26,349 nucleotides of DNA, taken from contig JAWOEX010000041.1 of NCBI GenBank assembly GCA_046482545.1, positions 1 to 26,349 of the forward strand. The letters run 5' to 3'. Below, one piece after another: positions 8,804-17,273 of the stretch (positions within the stretch are counted from its first letter, which is position 1; every line of letters starts with the position of its first letter). The notes below the pieces were generated by a model. That model was not told the origin of the DNA. It did no database searches and saw nothing but the letters and a program-made list of their open reading frames with translations. Position numbers and translations under genes: made by a program. This DNA comes from Candidatus Thorarchaeota archaeon. GTDB taxonomy: Archaea; Asgardarchaeota; Thorarchaeia; Thorarchaeales; Thorarchaeaceae.

Positions 8804-9636
8804 GATTTTCGTTACTCCTGAGCCCAATCTCGTAACAGCCTCTCTAATTCATCTAATTTCTCCTCGGTCAAAGATGGTTCTTTAGTCACGAGAAAGGAAA
8901 CAAACATGGTCATGGTCATAAACAACATGATGTTGAAAAGAAGAGTGGCCATTCCATGTTCTTCTGATTTGCTTTCTGCTGCTTGAACAGCATCCGGCAG
9001 ATTGTTGCCTTCAGAAATTGAAATTTCCCGAAATTTATCTCTTAGCTCATTGATGCTGGACCGCTTGGTTTGGTCTGGAATCAAAGGCCACTGTCTAATA
9101 CCAAGAGAAAAAATACTGAGTAGTTTTCTCAGAGAATTAAGAGCGTACGAGAGATTTGAACTCAAAACAGGACCATACAGATTCTCTGTCCTGTCTAGAA
9201 AATCCTCATTGTGAAAGTCATCCACCAAATCCGTCAGCTTTGAGAAGGAGGTCACAGCTTTTTGATATGATTTGTTTATGTTCTGCAACGTCGTTTCGAA
9301 GGAGTGCATTGACTCCTCAAAGACAAGTGTTTTGAGCAAATCCCCGACTTTCTCTTCATTCATCCGATCCAATAATGTCGAATACAGATCATCTTCTTCG
9401 GGATACTCAGTCAAGAAGATGGGAGGTACAAACATGGTTGAAGACAATTATAATTCCCCTCATAGAGTATATGAACGCATCACTATGCCATAGAACGACA
9501 CGCCGCATACTCCTTGAGGAGATATAAAGTATTATGCTCTACGTATGTGCTGTTATTGACATGGAGTTCAAATGACGCCCATATATATTGCAGCTAGAAC
9601 AAATCTATCTTTGAGATAGCTCATAAGGAAACATAC

Positions 9637-10185
9637 TTGTATCCTTCTCGATTTCTACTGCACGAGGGAACCCCACTGAAAGTCACATGGAAAGGATTGT
9701 TCGGGCTCGTTGTCATCCTCATTTGTATAAGTGTAGTGGCGTACTTGCTTTCAAGTATTGAGGGTTTTTTCGCCGGAGTATTGGCGGTATTCATTGGTTT
9801 TCTTATTAGTTTCTTCAGATCGGATATCAAGAGGTATCTTGGACTGAAAGAGGAAGAGGAATCACCCAAAATTGAAGTCAATACTGAAGACAAACAGGGT
9901 CAAGAAGACCTCAAGATTATTCGTAAACTGGAAAAGAAAATCGGGAAACAACGACAGAAGCTTGCTAAAGAAGTCGTTGAATACAATCCAACACTTCCAG
10001 AGAAGAAGAGAAGGAAAGTGGATCAGGACATCGTGGAAGAGGCAACTGAACTCATAGGCTTGCTCGATTCAGCAAAGGGAAGGGCCATTCAGTTGGGTGA
10101 GTCCGAACTCGTTAGCCATTATGGTGAAATCCTTACAGAAATTAAGGAGATACGCCAGAAGGCTATGAGAAGGCTAAGCGAATAG
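9637..10185 (+). CDS. Hypothetical membrane protein (2 N-terminal TM helices, charged helical C-terminus)
   Basis: 182-aa ORF with two hydrophobic segments followed by an E/K-rich helical region; start uncertain. Confidence 0.7.
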   Translation: MYPSRFLLHEGTPLKVTWKGLFGLVVILICISVVAYLLSSIEGFFAGVLAVFIGFLISFFRSDIKRYLGLKEEEESPKIEVNTEDKQGQEDLKIIRKLEKKIGKQRQKLAKEVVEYNPTLPEKKRRKVDQDIVEEATELIGLLDSAKGRAIQLGESELVSHYGEILTEIKEIRQKAMRRLSE

Positions 10186-12131
10186 ATAGGCCCCCAATGA
10201 TTCGGTTCAACCTAGCATATCGATTAGCCAACCCATACTGATTTCATCAAGCCGGTATTGCGGTTAGATAGTTACACCATCTGTTTGACTATCTGTTCAT
10301 CCATCAGGGATAGATTGACATCAATTAGTCAGCATTCCTCTGCTTATTCCACAGATACAGAACTGGAATCGCTACGACAACAGCAGACAGCAGTACGAGA
10401 GGTAATACCCAGTCTGGAGATGGTCCACCATTACCTTGACCCAGAAGCAGATAGGAAATACTGAGTCCATCCTGATTTTTGACAGTGACTTTCAAGGTGT
10501 TGAATGGGGCCACATCAAGGTCGACAATAAGATGTGTGGGTTGCCAATTACGCTGGAACTCAAACGACTCTTCATGTACCTGCGAACCATCCGCAATTAT
10601 GGAGAGGGTGCCATTTGATACAGCGTCTTGCTTGAAAGAATTCCAAACGGACATATTTACAAAGATGCTTCCTGAAGCAGCGTCGAGAGATTGGGAGTCG
10701 ACCTCAATTCGGGGTGCCTCATAGAATCGCTCAAGACGATGCACCCAGTAGTATGTATCGTTACCGCCAGGGATGCGTAATTCCCATGGTATTTCCCCGC
10801 TTTCGGTCACTTCGGTGATGATGACAGGAGATTCTTCTGCCAGAAGAAGTGCCCTATCTCCAAATAGGCCCAGAGTATTCCCGTTTGGAAGGCGATCCGC
10901 ATCGCCCCCAGATGCCGGGAAGTAATATGATTGGTTGTCCGGTCTCCAAGACCAAACCTCCTGCATGATTTTGTTTTCTTCGTCAATTTCGAACTCTACA
11001 AAACCAGAATAACCGGTCGCGTTTTCTAGGTGCATCGTAGAAGGTCGAGACGGATTGTAGAGGTCATTATCATACAGAATGAATCGATTTGGTCCGACCA
11101 ATTCCAAGCTGTGGGAATGAGCCCAAAGGCTGTCAACTGGTGTGTTGTTTGCAGCCAGTACAGTAAAGCTGCCCCATCGACCTGCAGACCACTCGATATC
11201 TTTTGTCGCCCGACTAATTTTCAGAATTATATCTTGATTTCTGAGATTTAGATATACGACATCCTCTTCTTTGTCCCAAACGATGCTGTTAGAATGCATC
11301 CAGTCTGCGCCGCCATGATTGGTCTCATTTGTCCCTAAACTCGAATGAATGGTGGCATTGAAGGGGTATTCTTCTCGTGCATCCCATTGCCAGATCAACT
11401 CACCATCACGGTTATACTCAGAGAGAACATCATAGAGTACTTGTTTTCCATCCCAAATCTCATCCGAGGAAGCATATTCAAGCACCATGAAAGTATCCGT
11501 GTAAGGATTGTAGTCAAACGCATGATGCCCACCAGGGATAGGTAGGGTTTCAGTTGTGCCTGTCTGATAATTCCAAAGCGAAAGATCTCCTTCCTGTCCA
11601 CCCATCAAAACAGTTGTCGAATTGATGAATTTGTGGACGCTGGAAAGTGTGTTATCCATCTGTGCAATGATATCCCCGTTCTGGTCAACGACAAAAAGGT
11701 AGCCTGTTCCCATCGAACGTGTTCCGTTTTGGATCGTAATTTCCACACAAGGAAACAGAGTAAGTCCAGGGGTGTACAAAGAGCTTTGATTGGCTGTTAT
11801 CTGAAATGATATTATTCCCTCACTATCGCCAATGGACTCTCCCGTTAATGTGGCATTGAATATGTTGAATATATCATACACATTCAGTGCCTCGCTAAGT
11901 GGACCCTGAAAGTCTAAATCCCCGTTTTGAAACGCTGCGATTGGAGTCTTCTCCATCTTGACCATGCTCACAAAAACGTCGAAAGACATCGATACAGTAA
12001 TGTCGGCTTCTGAAGGCGTCGATGATGAGGTTTCGATGTCAAGCTCACCATCTGCCAGCTCGTAGATAATACAACCTTCTTCATCAATATCGAGCACAGC
12101 AGTCAGTTCTTTTCCTTCGACAAGATCTTGA

Positions 12132-12565
12132 TAACCCATTTCTTACAGTTCTAGGAACTGCATGAAACTTCTGTGTTCCACCCTTCCCCTGCCAGCGTCG
12201 CCGCTCCCAAGGTACCCGAAGGCCCGTGAGTCAGCAGGGACTTTGTCCGCATTCACTGGAATAGGATTCCTCCCGCGGTCCTGGCTTCTGTCTCCTGTCG
12301 TCGTCCCGGGTCATCACTCCCAGCGACAGCGAGGTCTTCCACAGTTCTTGCCACGGCGTGGTCATGATCACCCACCTCAGCTTTGTCGCCGCCGCAGAGA
12401 TGGCCTATTACAGGCGAGGTGAACAGCCGCGGACTCTCCAGAGCTCGATGAGGCCCCTTGTTTGGAGAGTGGGGACTTCTGTTTAGAAGAACGAGTCTTC
12501 CTTGCAGCTTTCGGCCGCGTGCGTCGTGTTACACCACTAGCCCACTTGCCTAGTCCTACTGAAAC
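12132..12565 (-). ncRNA. Putative structured RNA (omega-RNA-like) in element copy 2
   Basis: Stems CTGTCG/CGACAG, ACTCTCC/GGAGAGT, GCGGC/GCTGC (G-U on the minus strand), CCCTGC/GCAGGG, and a C-UUCG-G tetraloop on the minus strand. Boundaries approximate. Confidence 0.6.
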
Positions 12566-12606
12566 GAAATTTCGTACTGGGCCTAATAAAGTCCTACCGC
12601 CCTCGG

Positions 12607-12680
12607 TCACAGTAGCACTTACAGGAAATCTTACAGATATTGTACACTCTTCCACTCGGATTTTTTAGGATTTTTGTAAA
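12607..12680. repeat. Helically phased end-repeat array of element copy 2
   Basis: TCACAG at 12607, TTACAG at 12619, TTACAG at 12631, GTACAC at 12642 (12, 12, 11 bp period), plus inverted TTGTAA near the end; TTACAG at 12143 near the other end. Confidence 0.7.
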
Positions 12681-13361
12681 ACTTGCCTATTCTTGAACCT
12701 CTGGTGAGTTATCCGCTATGTATTGACAGAAGCTAACGTAATCAGGAATATCAGTCCATGAGAAATTACCCGAGTCCAGTTTTTGTTGAAGACGGGATTG
12801 TATGTCACGTATTCCCTGTGGAGCATCATCCAAGGTAAATGGGTCTGGTTCCTTTGGGGTTAGAATATTGACGATGAAGATGCCAGTTGGAATCGTTATA
12901 ATTAGAATCACTCCAAGGGCTACCAGAGCTTTATTCCGACGCCTCATAAGGAAGCGAACTCTATCACGCCATATGATTCTTGTGAACCACGGGTTGAGCC
13001 TTCAAGCTGAATTCACAGAAAGATGGTATAGCACCAAAATGACGAAGATAGATTCAAATCGACCATAGGTTGAGTGAATACCTCACTTATACAGGCACAT
13101 CAATCGAGAGGTCATTTAATCCATAGGAGAACACGGCCATAATCACTGCAATTGCTGAACAAGAGTTAAATAACGAACAGAGAGCAGCAGAATATTAAGT
13201 ATCGAAAGGAGACCGGTAACCTGTTCTAATCAGAAGTCGTTCAATGATTTGGAAAACTGATTAATCATGCATTTACGAGGTTTTTATGATGGTTTTTGTC
13301 CTCACTGAGAAAACCTCTGAGCTTCTAGAGGGGTTGTGTAGTACAAACAGGTGTAATACTG

Positions 13362-14483
13362 ATGAAAATTAGAAGCAATAAGGATCTAAGCGCGACCGAA
13401 TTCGGTTACCCTCTCTTCATATATTTCTTCGTGAGGTTTTTGAATAACTTCAGCGTCTGCAACGAATTACTGAATCGAATGGAAAACAGGGTATTAGCTA
13501 AAAGGATGGGGAAGGTGAATATTGAATCTCCCATCTACGTAACTGGATTTGCAAGAGCAGGATCGACAATTCTATTGGAAATGCTCAACAGTCACAGGGA
13601 TTTGACATCGCACAGATATTTCCAAATTGGATCGTCAAGCACACCGTATTTTATGAATAGATTCATAGAGAAAGTTCCACTAATGACAGAATTCTCAGAG
13701 AGAGTCCATAATGACAGGATTCGTGTCAACAGAGATAGCCCTGAGGGATTAGAAGAGATATATTGGCAGAATTACTTTGAGAATATATTAGATGAAAATG
13801 AGCCTGACATATTAGATGAAGCTATTAACAATGATGAGTTTGAAAGGTTCTATTCCAATCAAATGAGGAAGTTAATCATTAGTCAGGAAGGAAACAGATA
13901 CGTAGCAAAGAACAATTACGTCATAACAAGAATCGACTACGTTAGAAAGATGTTTCCAAAATCCAAATTCATCATCATGGTTAGAAACCCGATAAATCAC
14001 ATAGCTTCTTTAATCAAGCAGGACATTCTCATCAAAAGGTTGGAAATGCAGGATCCCAGGCTAGTCGATTGGGAGAGCATGGTCGGACATAGGGAGTTTG
14101 GTATTGCGAAAAAATGCATCAATGTGGGCAACAATGTGAGCGAAATTAGATCGCTTTGGAAGAAAGAGGATAGTTACGTCTTGGGATGGGCAAGATACTG
14201 GAGAGAGATATATCAGTATATTCATGAAAAATCCAAGAAGACCAAGGATTTGTTGTTAGTTAGATATGAGGATTTGTGTGAGAAATCCGCTGTTACTATC
14301 GATGGCATCTTCGATTATCTGGCCATTAATGATTATAGTGCAATAAAGAAGAGATACGCAGATATCTTGGAGAAACCCAAGTACTACAACATTTCCTTTT
14401 CGGATGATGAAATGGAATTCATAATCAATGAGACCGGTTCTGTAGCCGACAAATATGGATATGACATAAATGAATCAAGGTAG
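13362..14483 (+). CDS. PAPS-dependent sulfotransferase
   Basis: 5'-PSB loop YVTGFARAGSTIL, 3'-PB motif MVRNPINHIAS, VRYEDL. Confidence 0.9.
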   Translation: MKIRSNKDLSATEFGYPLFIYFFVRFLNNFSVCNELLNRMENRVLAKRMGKVNIESPIYVTGFARAGSTILLEMLNSHRDLTSHRYFQIGSSSTPYFMNRFIEKVPLMTEFSERVHNDRIRVNRDSPEGLEEIYWQNYFENILDENEPDILDEAINNDEFERFYSNQMRKLIISQEGNRYVAKNNYVITRIDYVRKMFPKSKFIIMVRNPINHIASLIKQDILIKRLEMQDPRLVDWESMVGHREFGIAKKCINVGNNVSEIRSLWKKEDSYVLGWARYWREIYQYIHEKSKKTKDLLLVRYEDLCEKSAVTIDGIFDYLAINDYSAIKKRYADILEKPKYYNISFSDDEMEFIINETGSVADKYGYDINESR

Positions 14484-15366
14484 CTTCAAGGTTAAGTTGA
14501 TTTCGTGGGTTTCAGCAGGAAGATTTGTCTTCTTTCCCTGGGTTTTGCTGAACAGTCTATTCGGAGCAGTTCTCGGCAGTTTTCATCTTCTTGATTGGTT
14601 TTTTTCCTTTCTTGTAGCTTTCTCAACACTCACAATGGGGCATTTCATGAATGATTGGCGTGATTTTGTCAATGGTCTAGACAAGATGGATGAGGGAAGT
14701 GAGAAGAAGCCATACACTAATGCACAACAGATTCTTCCAAGAGGTTTACTTTCATTACGCACAGTGAAAATATCAGCTTTGTTTTTCGGGTTACTAGGTC
14801 TAATCATTCTAATAGGATACTTTGATTTCAGTATAGATGCTTACGCGTTCTATCTGATAGGGGTATTGATGGCTCTCACGTATACGGATTTTGCGAAACC
14901 GAAAGGTATTGGAGAAATACACATGTTCTTGGGGCATGGTCTTTCAACTGTGTGTTTTACCTATTCAATCATAAATGGCTTGGACGTGATAGGTTTTCTT
15001 GGAGGGTGTCTACTTGGTTTTTGGTCCGCAGCTGCATATACTGTCGATCAGTGGAAAGACATCCAAGTTGACCAAGATAATGGAATAAGTACGCTTGCAC
15101 ATAAACTTTCGAGCAAAGGGCTGGAACCTTGGAAATGGTGGACATTCGTAGTACTTGGGAGTATGTTCATACAGGCTGCGCTGATAGTGTTCAATGTTCT
15201 ATCAGTAACGACTGCCATAACCGTTTTGATGATACCGCTTGCGTGGCTAGTACATAGGAAATTGAAGCAGAATTTTGATGAGGGTTTATTGCTGGTCTTG
15301 GTGTGCATGTGGGTATATACATCACTTCTGATTGCAGGAATAGCTATTGACATGTGGGTTATCTGA
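14470..15366 (+). CDS. UbiA-family prenyltransferase (MenA-like)
   Basis: Multi-TM protein with Asp-rich motifs NDWRDF..GLD and DQWKDI..D...G..TLA; overlaps the sulfotransferase gene by 14 nt. Confidence 0.85.
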   Translation: MNQGSFKVKLISWVSAGRFVFFPWVLLNSLFGAVLGSFHLLDWFFSFLVAFSTLTMGHFMNDWRDFVNGLDKMDEGSEKKPYTNAQQILPRGLLSLRTVKISALFFGLLGLIILIGYFDFSIDAYAFYLIGVLMALTYTDFAKPKGIGEIHMFLGHGLSTVCFTYSIINGLDVIGFLGGCLLGFWSAAAYTVDQWKDIQVDQDNGISTLAHKLSSKGLEPWKWWTFVVLGSMFIQAALIVFNVLSVTTAITVLMIPLAWLVHRKLKQNFDEGLLLVLVCMWVYTSLLIAGIAIDMWVI

Positions 15367-15542
15367 TTCGTTTATAGATTTGTACGCTTTTGTCAGAAGA
15401 GGCAACAACTGACACGGGCAACCAAGACCGTGGTAACGATATCGCAATCTTTCATCCGAGTTCTTGTTAGTTTCTTCAGGGCCGATTCGAAGACATATGT
15501 CAAAAAGCTTTCATGAAATTGGGCAGATAGAGAAGCTCCACT

Positions 15543-16505
15543 TTATTGGTGTTCTCTCCGCCAATAGTAGATGATTACCAATGCAGCAAGCAGAACAGCG
15601 ACTACTCCACCACTCACAAGATATGGATTCATGGAAGGACTTTCAGCCTGAGTGCATTGTAATGATAGATTCCCTCCGTAAAGATCCATCATGACTGGTT
15701 CAGGTGCAGTCCCGTTGCAGAGCTCCTCATATTCAGGAAAGGCAGGGAATACTACCTGTTGGATATACTCCTGTGATTTCGGAGATGCAAACGCAAATGC
15801 TTCTTCAGCGCAGACATCACCGTTTCCATCAGTGTCTGCAGTTTCGTTCATAAATGCCGAGGTGAAGAAGTGGTTGAATACGTCTCCAAGTACCGGTAAG
15901 CCCTCATCTGTCCCACCAGCCCATGCCAGCTCGTCACGCCCGACAGATCCAACCCGGACTTCAGGGTTATCACCGGGAATTCCTGAAAGCAGTTCACCGG
16001 CATTGCAAGTCGAGAAAGCCATCAGTTTCCTCGCAGCCGGGATTAATTCCCACGTTTGTCCCACAAGGACTCCATTTCCTATGACATCTTTCAGCCAAGA
16101 TCCGTGAGCAAAGACGAAAAACACAACCACATCATTGTCATCAGCTTTCTCCCTGAGCCATTCTAGAGCATTCAACATGCTGGATTCGGTGATGGCTTCA
16201 TTGATAATTCGGATGTGATCTGTAGCCCATCCAAGCGAATGGAGGGTATTGTTCCACTTGGTGCTGTCTGCATGGCCAGTGGGTAGATCTGTCCACCCTT
16301 CAGGATACTGAAGCATTTCCATAATGACCGCCCACCCTTCGTCAGGGTTATCTTGAGCAGATACAGGTTGCATGGATGGTGCAACAGTTCCATAGCTAAC
16401 AAGTAGTATGGCCAATACCAGAGCTGGCATTCGTGCCGTGTTCCTCAAGAACCATTTGTTCACGTACGTCTTCCTCAAGGCTTCTCTGGTCCATTTTCTT
16501 TGCAT
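15543..16505 (-). CDS. Secreted/membrane-anchored caspase-fold cysteine peptidase (clan CD, C13/C14-like)
   Basis: His motif DVVVFFVFAHG and Cys motif FSTCNAG; Ca-loop-like DTDGNGDVCAEE; N-terminal signal and C-terminal TM. The start may be downstream of 16505. Confidence 0.7.
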   Translation of the reverse strand: MQRKWTREALRKTYVNKWFLRNTARMPALVLAILLVSYGTVAPSMQPVSAQDNPDEGWAVIMEMLQYPEGWTDLPTGHADSTKWNNTLHSLGWATDHIRIINEAITESSMLNALEWLREKADDNDVVVFFVFAHGSWLKDVIGNGVLVGQTWELIPAARKLMAFSTCNAGELLSGIPGDNPEVRVGSVGRDELAWAGGTDEGLPVLGDVFNHFFTSAFMNETADTDGNGDVCAEEAFAFASPKSQEYIQQVVFPAFPEYEELCNGTAPEPVMMDLYGGNLSLQCTQAESPSMNPYLVSGGVVAVLLAALVIIYYWRREHQ

Positions 16506-16647
16506 GAAGTAATAAAGATTTCAGCAACTAGAGTGTCGTATGAGATCGATAAGAACAGGGGGCAGAGAATTCTCCAGATGATGTGGCTTTATTTCATAGG
16601 TAGCAGACTTTATGTGATGACATTCAGGTAACGACTTGGTGACATAA

Positions 16648-16959
16648 ATGGAAAAGAAACTAAAGAAATTCTTGGAAGAAGCGAAGGACTGGAAGATGAT
16701 GAAGACCACTGAACCCGGAGTGTTCATCCGGAAGATACCTTCTACAAAGAACAGACCGGCTTCTCTCGCAATAGAAATCAATCCGCCAGATAAAAGTGGG
16801 AATCCCACAAAGAAAACGGGGGTAATGGTGCGAAACCTCCACGAACTCAAAGTTTTCAGGGAAATCCTCTCAAAGGAGATACTCGACGAAGTCATGGACA
16901 CGATTTTGAAGATTGCCCCCCATCAAGAACAAGAGGAAGAAGAAGTCCTCGAGATTTAG
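16648..16959 (+). CDS. Small hypothetical protein, apparently of a conserved archaeal type
   Basis: 103 aa with DW..MKT..PGVFI.K.P and LAIEINP.D..G.PTKK.G and an acidic tail; GGTGA RBS. Function not recognised. Confidence 0.75.
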   Translation: MEKKLKKFLEEAKDWKMMKTTEPGVFIRKIPSTKNRPASLAIEINPPDKSGNPTKKTGVMVRNLHELKVFREILSKEILDEVMDTILKIAPHQEQEEEEVLEI

Positions 16960-17084
16960 GGCTATCCAAGATCGATTCACTCGAGATACTCATTTGGACT
17001 TCAGCCGTGAAATGCATCTGGAACTTGGGCAGGATAATCCATTGAGATTATAGGCAATTGTCATAACTATAACCATGGATAGCA

Positions 17085-17273
17085 ATGGACAACACTACGA
17101 CTATCTCACTTTCAGAAGAGACCCGCGACCTTCTGAAGGGCTATGGCCGGAAGGGAGAAACCTATGACGAAATAATCCGTCGTCTCCTTAAGATAGCAGA
17201 ACAGATTGAGTTTGCTCAAGAGCAGAAGAGAATCCTGGGCAAAGAAGAGTTTGCTCCCTTTGAGCGAGTTTGA
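17085..17273 (+). CDS. Putative antitoxin (RHH-like) of a RelE-type TA pair
   Basis: TTISLSEETRDLLKGYGRKGETYDEIIRRLL; 62 aa; overlaps the toxin start. Confidence 0.8.
   Translation: MDNTTTISLSEETRDLLKGYGRKGETYDEIIRRLLKIAEQIEFAQEQKRILGKEEFAPFERV

Larger units (their letters stand above)
8260..8815 (-). mobile_element. Non-autonomous 556-bp insertion element, copy 1 (IS607/TnpB-derivative-like)
   Basis: Flanked by direct repeat TCCTGA (8254-8259 and 8816-8821). Imperfect terminal inverted repeat TAAC-N5-TCTTACAG. Homologous to 12132-12690, GC-richer than the flanks, and splits an ORF. The family assignment is inference. Confidence 0.88.
8109..9447 (-). pseudogene. 258-aa helical hypothetical protein immediately upstream of mazF, interrupted by element copy 1
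   Basis: The 5' part (ORF 8812-9447) ends ...RDWAQE*. Removing 8260-8815 plus one TCAGGA repeat gives a 777-bp ORF ...WAQETLTQLTLLGAANNAAPETGRLRAIIADNEDKEIVERVFLSSVDEEVG* that stops 4 nt before the mazF GTG. Confidence 0.8.
12132..12690 (-). mobile_element. Non-autonomous 559-bp insertion element, copy 2 (IS607/TnpB-derivative-like)
   Basis: Flanked by direct repeat TCTTGA (12126-12131 and 12691-12696). Colinear homolog of 8260-8815; splits the ASST gene. Confidence 0.88.
10325..12947 (-). pseudogene. Membrane-anchored SCP2-domain / arylsulfotransferase (ASST) fusion, interrupted by element copy 2
   Basis: Joining ORFs 12687-12947 and 10325-12139 across the insertion gives 2058 bp (685 aa, ...NSPEVQDLVEGKELT...). 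Domains in order: signal/TM, SCP2-like (ADITVSMS..VF..M....TPIAAFQNGDL.FQG), ASST motifs GHHAF, DWMHSNS, HSH, ILYDN, GDADRLPNGNTL, C-terminal TM. Confidence 0.85.

Noticed and set aside
8290-8885. Plus-strand ORFs 8290-8610, 8369-8596 and 8583-8885, and their look-alikes 12162-12422 and 12462-12668
   Set aside because: The similarity only reflects the DNA repeat; lengths and frames are not conserved. Synonymous changes and RNA signals point to the minus strand.
10325-12139. 604-aa ORF and 86-aa ORF (12687-12947) as two separate native genes
   Set aside because: The ATG at 12139 and the TAG at 12687 both lie inside the inserted element.
8260-12690. Composite transposon formed by the two element copies
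   Set aside because: Each copy has its own flanking duplication and splits its own gene, so they are independent insertions.
12132-12690. Canonical group I or group II intron, or bulge-helix-bulge intron
   Set aside because: No recognisable P7 (R/S) core, no GUGYG start or domain V, and frame-restoring junctions do not fit U/omega-G or BHB geometry.
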